DNA of 64,000 nucleotides from Acidimicrobiia bacterium. GTDB lineage: Bacteria; Acidobacteriota; Vicinamibacteria; Vicinamibacterales; UBA2999. Position 1 is the stretch's first letter. Each line of letters begins with the position of its first letter. Shown here piece by piece: positions 51,134 through 58,695 of this stretch. The notes beneath the pieces were generated by a model that was given only the letters and a program-made list of their open reading frames with translations, did not search any database and was not told the origin of the DNA. The position numbers and the translations under genes were made by a program. Location of the stretch: NCBI GenBank assembly GCA_038144855.1, contig JAYQOO010000006.1, positions 9,597-73,596 on the forward strand. The letters are read 5' to 3'.

Positions 51134-52036
51134 ATGATGTCATTGAAAGTGCAGTTCGGGCGCGCGATCGCGGGAGTTGCAGCGGTGGCCTGTTTGGCAG
51201 GCACGCCGGCCGTTGGCCAGACACTGGCCGTTGAACCGCTGAAGGATTCGGGATCCAACATCTACCCGGCCTTCGAGGGTTGGTACCAGAACGCTGACGG
51301 CACCTACACGCTGCTCGTCGGCTACTACAACCGCAACAAGAAGCAGGTGCTCGACATTCCGATCGGTCCCGAGAACCGGATCGAACCGGGCGGTCCCGAC
51401 CAGGGGCAGCCGACGCACTTCACGATCGGCCGCGGCTGGGGAACGATCGCGATCAAGGTGCCGAAAGATTTCGGCGACAAGAAGTTGACCTGGACGCTCA
51501 CGGCCAATGGCCGCACCGTGTCGGTGCCCTTCGGCCTCACCAAGGGCTACCAGATCGAGCCGTTCCTTGATGCCGCCATGGGCAACAAGCCGCCGGTGAT
51601 CCGGTGGACCGAAAAAGGCGCGGACCTCACGGGTCCTCCGGCGCCGCTATCGGCGGCCCAGGTGTTTAGCGGCGCGGTCGGTGAAGACGTCACGCTGACC
51701 TATTGGGTGACCGACGATGGCCACGAAGAACCGCCGACGGGTGGCTCGGCGGCGGCTCCGCCACCGGGGGGCGCCCAGGCGCCGCCCCGTCGTCCACGGG
51801 TCAGCACCACGCTGACGAAGTACCGTGGTCCCGGCGATATCACCTTCGTCGACAACACGCCCTCGATCGAGAAGGACAAGGTCACGACGACCGCGAAGTT
51901 CTCGGCGCCAGGTGAGTACATCATTCGCATTGAAGCGAACGACTCGTCAGGTGTGGGCGGCGGCGGCTTCCAGTGCTGCTGGACGACCGCCTACATGAAG
52001 GTCAACGTGAAGGCTGCCAACACCGGCGGCAAGTAA
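51134..52036 (+). CDS. Secreted hypothetical protein (300 aa)
   Basis: CAGGAG Shine-Dalgarno sequence; signal peptide AVACLAGTPAVGQT. Beta-rich with an internal Pro/Gly/Ala linker and a C-terminal GGGGFQCCWTTAY containing vicinal cysteines. No family recognised. Confidence 0.6.
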   Translation: MMSLKVQFGRAIAGVAAVACLAGTPAVGQTLAVEPLKDSGSNIYPAFEGWYQNADGTYTLLVGYYNRNKKQVLDIPIGPENRIEPGGPDQGQPTHFTIGRGWGTIAIKVPKDFGDKKLTWTLTANGRTVSVPFGLTKGYQIEPFLDAAMGNKPPVIRWTEKGADLTGPPAPLSAAQVFSGAVGEDVTLTYWVTDDGHEEPPTGGSAAAPPPGGAQAPPRRPRVSTTLTKYRGPGDITFVDNTPSIEKDKVTTTAKFSAPGEYIIRIEANDSSGVGGGGFQCCWTTAYMKVNVKAANTGGK

Positions 52037-52065
52037 GCGCTGCATCAGCTATTCGCATCACATCG

Positions 52066-52100
52066 AACGCCGTGACTCATCGAATGGGTCGCGGCGTTTT
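52066..52100 (+). terminator. Rho-independent terminator
   Basis: AACGCCGTGAC, an 11-nt loop, then GTCGCGGCGTT (one G-U pair), followed by a T-rich tail. Confidence 0.55.
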
Positions 52101-52151
52101 CATTTGCAGGGCTAATTCCAATTTTCTGAATAGCGCTATAAGCAATCCTAT

Positions 52152-52180
52152 TTGACTGTCGAGTTTCATCGCTGTAAGTT
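52152..52180 (+). promoter_or_regulatory. Candidate sigma70-type promoter of the TonB-dependent receptor gene
   Basis: TTGACT, 17 nt, TAAGTT in an AT-rich intergenic island about 80 nt upstream of ATG 52263. Confidence 0.35.
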
Positions 52181-52262
52181 CATTGGTGCTTTTGGCTAGG
52201 AGCGCCCGCCATCTCTTAGCGGCAGGTGTGTTTGGGGCTCGTTCGCTGATTGGGGGAATCAG

Positions 52263-55200
52263 ATGGCGCGTAAGTTCGTTGTACGAACGTTTTTGTTTGT
52301 ACTGGCTGGTGTTGTGCTCGTGCCCGCCTTGGCGAGTGCACAGAGCGTGTTTACGGGAACAGTGAAAGACACGTCGGGCGCCGTGATGCCCGGTGTGACG
52401 GTCGAAGCAGCCAGTCCGGTGCTGATCGAAAAGGTGAAGTCCGCAATTACCGACGAGAACGGCTTGTACCGCATCGTCGACCTTCGTCCTGGCACCTACA
52501 CCATCACGTTCACGCTGCCGGGCTTCAACACCCAGACGCGCGAAGGTGTGGAACTGCAGTCCAACTTCACCGCCACCATCAACGTCGAGTTGAGCGTCGG
52601 CACGTTGCAGGAATCGGTGACGGTCTCCGGCGCATCGCCTGTGGTGGACGTGCAGCAGAACGTCAAGCAGCAGGTGCTGTCGCGCGAAGTCCTCGACGCG
52701 GTTCCGACCGCGAAGACGATTCAGGGCCTCGGCCAGCTGGTGCTGGGCGTGACCTTGAACTCGCCGGACGTCGGCGGTTCGCGCGCCATGCAGCAGACCT
52801 ACTTCGCGATTCGCGGCACGGGTGGTGCGCAGTCGGTGGTGCTGGTCGACGGCATGATGACCAACGGCCTGATGGGCGACGGCGCCGTGCAGGCGTATCA
52901 CAACGAGGCGATGTCGCAGGAAATGGTCTATCAGACCGCCGGCGGCTCGGCTGAAACGCAGACCGGAGGCATCACCATGAACCTGGTGCCGAAGGACGGC
53001 GGCAACCAGTTCAAGGGCGGCGCCAAGTGGGCGCGCTCGCCGGAGTCGTGGCAGGGCAACAACCTGACCGACGATCTCAAGGCCAAGGGCGTCACTGGCG
53101 TCGACAAGATCGCGCACTTCGAAGAGTTCAACGTCGAACTTGGTGGTCCGATCGTCAAGAACAAGCTGTGGTTCTTCGGCGCGTTCCGCCAGGCCTACTA
53201 CGACAAGCCGATCGCCAACACCTTTGTGACCGACGGCAGCCAGGCGTATCCGCAGGCGTATGCGGCTTGCGCGGCTTCGGGCAAGTGCGAACAGGGCGTG
53301 TCGGACGAGAAGATGGCCAACCCGGTCGTCCGCCTCACCTGGCAGATGTCTGAACGCAACAAGTTCGCGGTCTACATGGATCGCGCGCTGCGTCTGCGCG
53401 GCCACGCGATGGGCGCGCTGACGGATCCGAACACGGCGTCGGTGATCTGGAACACGCCGCAGTTCACGACCGGATCGGCGAAGTGGACCTCGACGCTGTC
53501 GTCGAAGCTGCTGCTTGAAGCCGGCCTGTCGTTCAACCGCGAGTACTACGACAACCGCTACCAGCCCGGCATCTACGCGGAACGCGGTACGCCGGCCTGG
53601 TATCGCAACGTCCGCAAGGACGATACCAGCACGGGCTTCCTCTGGAACGCCTCCGGCGCCCAGCTCGGCAACTATCCCGACCGCTTCGTGTGGCAGGGCT
53701 CGCTGTCGTACGTGTCCGGGGCGCACAACGTCAAGGTTGGCGCGAACCACCAGTCGGGCAAGTATCGCCGTTACAACAACGCCAACGCCGACCTCTACCA
53801 GACCTACAACAACGGCGTGCCTCTCCGCGTGACGGTGCTCAACACGCCGCTCGAAGTGCAGGAGAACCTGGACCACAACATCGGCATCTACGCGCAGGAC
53901 TCGTGGAACCTGGGCAAGCTGACCCTGAACTACGGTGCGCGCTTCGACACAAACCGCGCGCGCATTGTCGGTCAGAAGGCGATGCAGGGCCGATTCGCCA
54001 ACGTCGCGGCCTACGACGACATCAAGATGCCGGTGTGGAACGACTTCTCGCCGCGCGTCTCGGCCGTCTACAACCTGTCGGGTGACGGCAAGACCGCCGT
54101 CCGCGTCGGCTACAACAAGTTCGTGACCGCGCAGACCACCGGCTTCGCGCAGCTCTACAACCCGACGGCGTTGACCACGCAGCAGCTCGCGTGGACCGAC
54201 GTCAACGGCAACGACATCGCCGACGGCGAGCGCGGCTGCACCGGCTATCCGACGGTGGGTTGCGAAATCAACTTCGCCGGCCTGCCGGCCAACTTCGGTG
54301 TGCGCTCGCTGGCGCAGTTCGATCCGGACCTGAAGCGCCCGTACCAGCTGGCGTTCAACGCCGGTATCACGCACGAGGTGTTCGCGGGCGTCACGGCGAC
54401 CTTCGAGTACTTCCGCAGCGACTTCCGCAACATCACCGTGCGCCAGAACTCGCTGCGCACGGCCGCCAGCTACGACCAGTTCACGATTGCGAGCCCGCTT
54501 GACGGCAGCGCCGTGAACGTGTGGCTGCCGAAGCCCGGTGTGGCGTCGCAGGTGGCAAACATCGACAGCACCAGTGACGACATGAAGCGCGCCTACAACG
54601 GCTTCGACTTCTCGTTCAACGCCCGCATGCGCGGCGGCATCCGCGCGTTCGGTGGCTTCAGCCTCGAGCGCACGATCAACGACGTGTGCGTCTCGGCGGC
54701 GAGCGATCCGAACCGCAGCCTCTACTGCAACCAGGCCGACAGCGGCATTCCCTGGCAGAAGCAGGTCAAGGCCACCATCGTGTACCCGATTCCGTTCCAG
54801 CAGATCACGCTGAGCGTGGCCTACCAGGGCCTGAACGGATACCTGGCCGGCACCGCGGCCCAGGCCTACGGCGGCTTCACCGCCGGCACCGGCTTCGACA
54901 ACCCGCGCGGCCTCGGCACGTTCTACCAGATCGCGCCGACGACGCGTTACGCGGCGAACTGCCAGGGCGCCTGCACGCCGGGCGCGCTGGTGCTGCCGGC
55001 GATGGCGGCCAGCGGTCTTGCGACGATCAGCGTGCCGCTCGTAGCTCCGGAAACCGAGTTCACGCCGCGCATCAACCAGGTCGACATTTCGCTGAGCAAG
55101 GCCGTTGATCTGGGCCGCGTCCGCATCATGCCGAAGCTGGACATCTTCAACGCGCTCAACTCGGATGACTACACGTCGGTGGCGACCATGCAGTATGGCG

Positions 55201-55274
55201 CCGCGACCTACCAGCGTCCCTCGGTGATCCTCCAGGGCCGCATCGTCCGCATCGGCGCGAACGTGACGTTCTAA
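52263..55274 (+). CDS. TonB-dependent receptor with carboxypeptidase-regulatory-like N-domain
   Basis: Signal peptide; FTGTVKDTSGAVMPGVTVEAASPVLIEKVKSAITDENGLYRIVDLRPGTYTITFTLPGF; the plug and a long barrel ending in ...GANVTF. Confidence 0.85.
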   Translation: MARKFVVRTFLFVLAGVVLVPALASAQSVFTGTVKDTSGAVMPGVTVEAASPVLIEKVKSAITDENGLYRIVDLRPGTYTITFTLPGFNTQTREGVELQSNFTATINVELSVGTLQESVTVSGASPVVDVQQNVKQQVLSREVLDAVPTAKTIQGLGQLVLGVTLNSPDVGGSRAMQQTYFAIRGTGGAQSVVLVDGMMTNGLMGDGAVQAYHNEAMSQEMVYQTAGGSAETQTGGITMNLVPKDGGNQFKGGAKWARSPESWQGNNLTDDLKAKGVTGVDKIAHFEEFNVELGGPIVKNKLWFFGAFRQAYYDKPIANTFVTDGSQAYPQAYAACAASGKCEQGVSDEKMANPVVRLTWQMSERNKFAVYMDRALRLRGHAMGALTDPNTASVIWNTPQFTTGSAKWTSTLSSKLLLEAGLSFNREYYDNRYQPGIYAERGTPAWYRNVRKDDTSTGFLWNASGAQLGNYPDRFVWQGSLSYVSGAHNVKVGANHQSGKYRRYNNANADLYQTYNNGVPLRVTVLNTPLEVQENLDHNIGIYAQDSWNLGKLTLNYGARFDTNRARIVGQKAMQGRFANVAAYDDIKMPVWNDFSPRVSAVYNLSGDGKTAVRVGYNKFVTAQTTGFAQLYNPTALTTQQLAWTDVNGNDIADGERGCTGYPTVGCEINFAGLPANFGVRSLAQFDPDLKRPYQLAFNAGITHEVFAGVTATFEYFRSDFRNITVRQNSLRTAASYDQFTIASPLDGSAVNVWLPKPGVASQVANIDSTSDDMKRAYNGFDFSFNARMRGGIRAFGGFSLERTINDVCVSAASDPNRSLYCNQADSGIPWQKQVKATIVYPIPFQQITLSVAYQGLNGYLAGTAAQAYGGFTAGTGFDNPRGLGTFYQIAPTTRYAANCQGACTPGALVLPAMAASGLATISVPLVAPETEFTPRINQVDISLSKAVDLGRVRIMPKLDIFNALNSDDYTSVATMQYGAATYQRPSVILQGRIVRIGANVTF

Positions 55275-55311
55275 GACAGACCGTCAGGCTCACTGGCCAA
55301 CAGGCCATCGG

Positions 55312-55346
55312 GAAGGCGGGGCTAAGCGCCCCGCCTTCTTTTTTTC
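55312..55346 (+). terminator. Strong rho-independent terminator
   Basis: GAAGGCGGGGC, a 5-nt loop, then GCCCCGCCTTC, followed by TTTTTTT. Confidence 0.75.
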
Positions 55347-55365
55347 TATACTGACCTCACCACCA

Positions 55366-55818
55366 ATGCTGGCGACGCTGGCGCTGACCGTCTACATCTT
55401 CACGACGACCGATTGCCCCATCTCCAATCGGTACGCGCCGGAGATCCAGCGTCTCGCAGCCGCGTTCGGATCGCAGGCCCGGTTCGTGCTCGTCTACCCG
55501 GTCCCTTCCGACACCGAGCCGTCGATTCGCGAGCACAAGAAGAAATTCGGCTTCAGCATGCCGTCGGTTCGCGATGCGGATCTCAAGCTGGTGAAGCAGG
55601 TCGGGGCGACCGTCACGCCCGAGGTGGCCGTGATGAAGGGCAGCGAGCTGCTGTATCGCGGCCGCATCGACGATCGCTACATCGACTTTGGCAAGGATCG
55701 CATCAAGCCCACGACGCATGATCTTCAGGATGCGCTGACAGCGGCGATCGCCGGCAAGCCGGTCGCCGTGAAAGAAACACGAGCCGTCGGCTGTTTTCTC
55801 GCGGAGCTCGTGAAGTGA
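55366..55818 (+). CDS. Thioredoxin-fold (redoxin-like) protein with CxxS motif
   Basis: 150 aa. VYIFTTTDCPISNRY sits at the thioredoxin active-site position and TPEVAVM at the cis-Pro loop. No signal peptide is visible. GTGA overlap with the next gene. Confidence 0.6.
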   Translation: MLATLALTVYIFTTTDCPISNRYAPEIQRLAAAFGSQARFVLVYPVPSDTEPSIREHKKKFGFSMPSVRDADLKLVKQVGATVTPEVAVMKGSELLYRGRIDDRYIDFGKDRIKPTTHDLQDALTAAIAGKPVAVKETRAVGCFLAELVK

Positions 55819-57590
55819 GGATCGTTCTTTTCACGACTCTCTTCTCGCTCCTCGCTTCCTCTTCGCTCGCGCAGACGTTCGCGCGCGACGTCGCCCCGAT
55901 CATCTATGACGCCTGCGTGTCGTGCCACCGCACGGGCGGTCCGGGTCCGTTCCCGCTCACCACCTACGACGAGGTGCGCCGCCGCGCGACGCAGGTCGCG
56001 CAGGTGACGCGCAGCCGCTTCATGCCGCCGTGGAAGGTCGAGCCTGGAGTCAGTCACTTCGTTGGGCAGCGATTGCTCACGGACAAGGAGATCGACACGA
56101 TCGCGCAATGGGTGAAGTCGGGGGCCCCGCAGGGCGAGACGGCGGCTCCGAAGCCACCGACCTTCGCAGACGGCTGGCTGCTCGGCAAGCCCGATCTCGT
56201 CGTGAAGCCCGAGGCGCCGTTCTCACTGCTGGCGCTTGACACCGATGCGTTCAGGATCTTTGCGATTCGAATTCCGATCAAGCAGCGGGCCTATGTCACG
56301 GGCATCGAGTTCCATCCAGGGAACGCGCGGGTCGTGCACCACGCCAACATCCGCATCGATCGCACCAACGCCACCCGCGCGCTTGATGAGGCCGATCCGC
56401 TGCCGGGGTATGACGGATTGATGCCGCGATCTGCCGAGTATCCGGATGGTCACTTTCTTGGCTGGACGCCGGGCCAGGTTGCGCCCCTCGTGCAACCCGA
56501 ACTCGCGTGGGCGCTCGATCCGGGCAGCGATCTCGTGGTGCAGCTGCATCTCCAGCCGAGCGGCGCCGTCGAGGAAGTCCTGCCGGAGATCGGCCTGTAT
56601 TTCACCAACCGCGAGCCGCGCCAGACGCCGACGATCCTGCGGCTTGGCTCGCAGGGGATCGACATTCCGCCCGGCGAATCACGCTACGTGATTCGCGACT
56701 CCTACGTGCTGCCGGTCGATGTGCAGTTGCTGGCCGTGCAGCCGCACGCGCATTACCGTGCCAGGGAGATTCGCGGCACCGCGACGTTGCCGGATGGCTC
56801 GACTCGCCTGGTGATGCACATCCGCGACTGGGACTTCCGCTGGCAGCACGTCTACCGCGAGCAGACGCCGATCCCGCTGCCCAAAGGCACGCGGCTGGCG
56901 ATGGAATACACCTACGACAATTCGGCGGCCAACGTGCGCAACCCGGAGGTGCCGCCGGCGCGCGTGTTCTGGGGGCAGCGTTCGCGTGACGAGATGGGCG
57001 ACCTCTGGTTCCAACTGCTCGCGTCGAACGAGTCCGACCGTGCGCGGATGAGCGCCGAGATCAACGCCAAGATGACCGGCGAAGACATCGTGGGCTACGA
57101 GACGATGCTGAAGGTGACGCCCAACGATCCCGAGCTGCATGACGACGTGGCGATGCTGTATCTGGGGATGGGCTTTGCGGCCAATGCCGTCCGGCATTTT
57201 CAGGCGTCGGCGACGCTCAAGCCGGATTCGCCCGCGGCGCAATTCAACCTCGGCACCGCGCTGGCGCAGTCGGGGCGCTTCGATGAATCCATTCGCGCCT
57301 TCCGCCAGGCGCTGACGTTACGGCCGGACTATGGGCTTGCGCACGGCAATCTCGGCCGGGTCTTGCTCGTGAAGGGCGAGACGAGCGACGCCTTGAAGCA
57401 TCTGGAAGAAGCGGTGCGGCTCGAGCCGATCAATCCGCAGAACCTGCTGGGCCTGGCGGAGGCCCATGCGGCGCGCGGCAGCTACGACCGCGCGATCGAG
57501 ATGCTCGAACGCGCGATGCGGTTGCCGCTGCCTGAGGCGCTTGCGAAAGAGTTGTTCGCGAAGCGCGCGGAGTATCTGAAAAGGAAGTAG
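55815..57590 (+). CDS. Secreted heme-c-like (CxxCH) plus PHM/DBH-like copper monooxygenase domain plus TPR protein, paralog 3
   Basis: Signal peptide; FARDVAPIIYDACVSCHRTGGPGPFPLTTY ... RFMPPWKVEP. Ligand pattern VVHHAN, VQLHLQ, PHAHYRA, RDEMGD. C-terminal TPR repeats. Confidence 0.7.
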   Translation: MRIVLFTTLFSLLASSSLAQTFARDVAPIIYDACVSCHRTGGPGPFPLTTYDEVRRRATQVAQVTRSRFMPPWKVEPGVSHFVGQRLLTDKEIDTIAQWVKSGAPQGETAAPKPPTFADGWLLGKPDLVVKPEAPFSLLALDTDAFRIFAIRIPIKQRAYVTGIEFHPGNARVVHHANIRIDRTNATRALDEADPLPGYDGLMPRSAEYPDGHFLGWTPGQVAPLVQPELAWALDPGSDLVVQLHLQPSGAVEEVLPEIGLYFTNREPRQTPTILRLGSQGIDIPPGESRYVIRDSYVLPVDVQLLAVQPHAHYRAREIRGTATLPDGSTRLVMHIRDWDFRWQHVYREQTPIPLPKGTRLAMEYTYDNSAANVRNPEVPPARVFWGQRSRDEMGDLWFQLLASNESDRARMSAEINAKMTGEDIVGYETMLKVTPNDPELHDDVAMLYLGMGFAANAVRHFQASATLKPDSPAAQFNLGTALAQSGRFDESIRAFRQALTLRPDYGLAHGNLGRVLLVKGETSDALKHLEEAVRLEPINPQNLLGLAEAHAARGSYDRAIEMLERAMRLPLPEALAKELFAKRAEYLKRK

Positions 57591-57647
57591 CAAGTAGCAA
57601 GTAGTAAGTAGCAAGAACAGCACTTCTTGCTACTTGCTACCTGCTAC
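57587..57647. terminator. 24-bp hairpin built from inverted GTAGCAA heptamer arrays (bidirectional terminator candidate)
   Basis: The left arm is four GTAG[C/T]AA copies (57587-57614). The right arm is three [T/C]TGCTAC copies (57627-57647). 57594-57617 pairs with 57647-57624 with one mismatch and one G-U pair, around a 6-nt loop. Confidence 0.6.
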
Positions 57648-58595
57648 TTCGGTAATTTTCCGAATCAACGGCTCCAGCTGTTCCACCGTCGGCTGACCTG
57701 GCAGGTAGGTCGAGACCTTGCCGTCGCGATCGATCAGCACGTAGGTCGGCGTCGTCGACACGCCATAGCGCGAGTAGACTTCGTCGCTTACCGGCGCGGA
57801 CACCGTCTTCATCCACGGATAGAACTCATCGCGGACCTGCTCGATGTACTTCAGTTCTTCAGCGGGGCCGACCGGGCGGCGCTTCTCGGCGTAGCCGAAA
57901 CGCTGGGTGGGCGCGATCACCGTGATGCCGCTGCTCTTGTATTTGTTGACGAGCCCGTCGAGGATCGGTCCCTGCTTCTTGCAGTCGCCGCACCAGTGCG
58001 CCCACAGAAACACGACGACCGGCTTGCCTTTGAGGTCGGCGAGTGCCGGTGGCTTGGGCCCGAGCCATTCCGTGGTGGTCCACGGCAGCGCCGGTTCGCC
58101 TTCCAGGCCGATCAGGTTCACGTTCTTGTTGAGGCGGGTAATGATCGAGGTGCCGTTGTAGCGCTCGATTTCGCGCTGCAAGTGCATCAACGCCTCGGAT
58201 CGACGGTTCTGGCCGGCCATGGCCTGCGCCTGCGTTTCGATCGCTGCGCCGAGCGCGATCGGCAGGCGCGCCTCATCATCCAGCTTGCGAGTCTTCAGCT
58301 GTTCCTCAACGATCTCGTAGGTCCGCGCCGCGTAGGTCATGGCGGCGTCATAGTTCTTCGCGGCCAGGTAGCCGCGCCCGAGCCATGAGAACGCTTCGAT
58401 CGCAATCGGCGTGGTGCCGTTGCCGGCCATGTCGTCGAGCACGAGCTTCTCGGCCTTCTTGAGATCGTTCTCGGCGATCGCGTCACGCACGAGTTGGACG
58501 ATCGTCTTCGGCGGAGCCGCGGCAGGCGCGGTCTGCGCGAACGCCGACGCAGTGACAACCAGAGACAAAACCATCAGCAATGCGATGCGCTTCAT
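57630..58595 (-). CDS. Secreted TlpA-like thiol:disulfide oxidoreductase with N-terminal helical (TPR-like) domain
   Basis: Signal peptide MKRIALLMVLSLVVTASAFAQ and thioredoxin motif VFLWAHWCGDCKKQ. Confidence 0.75.
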   Translation of the reverse strand: MKRIALLMVLSLVVTASAFAQTAPAAAPPKTIVQLVRDAIAENDLKKAEKLVLDDMAGNGTTPIAIEAFSWLGRGYLAAKNYDAAMTYAARTYEIVEEQLKTRKLDDEARLPIALGAAIETQAQAMAGQNRRSEALMHLQREIERYNGTSIITRLNKNVNLIGLEGEPALPWTTTEWLGPKPPALADLKGKPVVVFLWAHWCGDCKKQGPILDGLVNKYKSSGITVIAPTQRFGYAEKRRPVGPAEELKYIEQVRDEFYPWMKTVSAPVSDEVYSRYGVSTTPTYVLIDRDGKVSTYLPGQPTVEQLEPLIRKITEVAGSK

Positions 58596-58695
58596 GACTG
58601 GTGAGAATACCTCGAACTCGCTTCCCTGATCTCTGGATCCCTCAGGCTTTGGACCCTTCGTCCCTGATCCGGAGCGCCGATCCCCGATTTATAGT

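Noticed and set aside
52077-54374. 765-aa minus-strand ORF
   Set aside because: It is antisense to the TonB-dependent receptor gene, Arg/His/Val-rich and low in complexity, with no recognisable domains. It is a typical shadow ORF of a high-GC gene. The same applies to 230-946, 1488-2741, 4138-5487, 12485-13402, 14416-15501, 15036-15950, 33287-34462, 35964-36947, 39416-40678, 45356-46354, 49733-51007 and 58642-60021.
57587-57647. CRISPR array
   Set aside because: The repeat units are only 7-8 nt with no spacers. There are no cas genes in the window. The same applies to the repeats at 19846, 42178 and 60864.
57591-58388. Read-through extension of paralog 3 beyond its TAG (ORF 57627-58388 is in the same frame)
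   Set aside because: That frame is antisense to the TlpA-like gene, passes a second in-frame TAG at 57609-57611, and is low in complexity.
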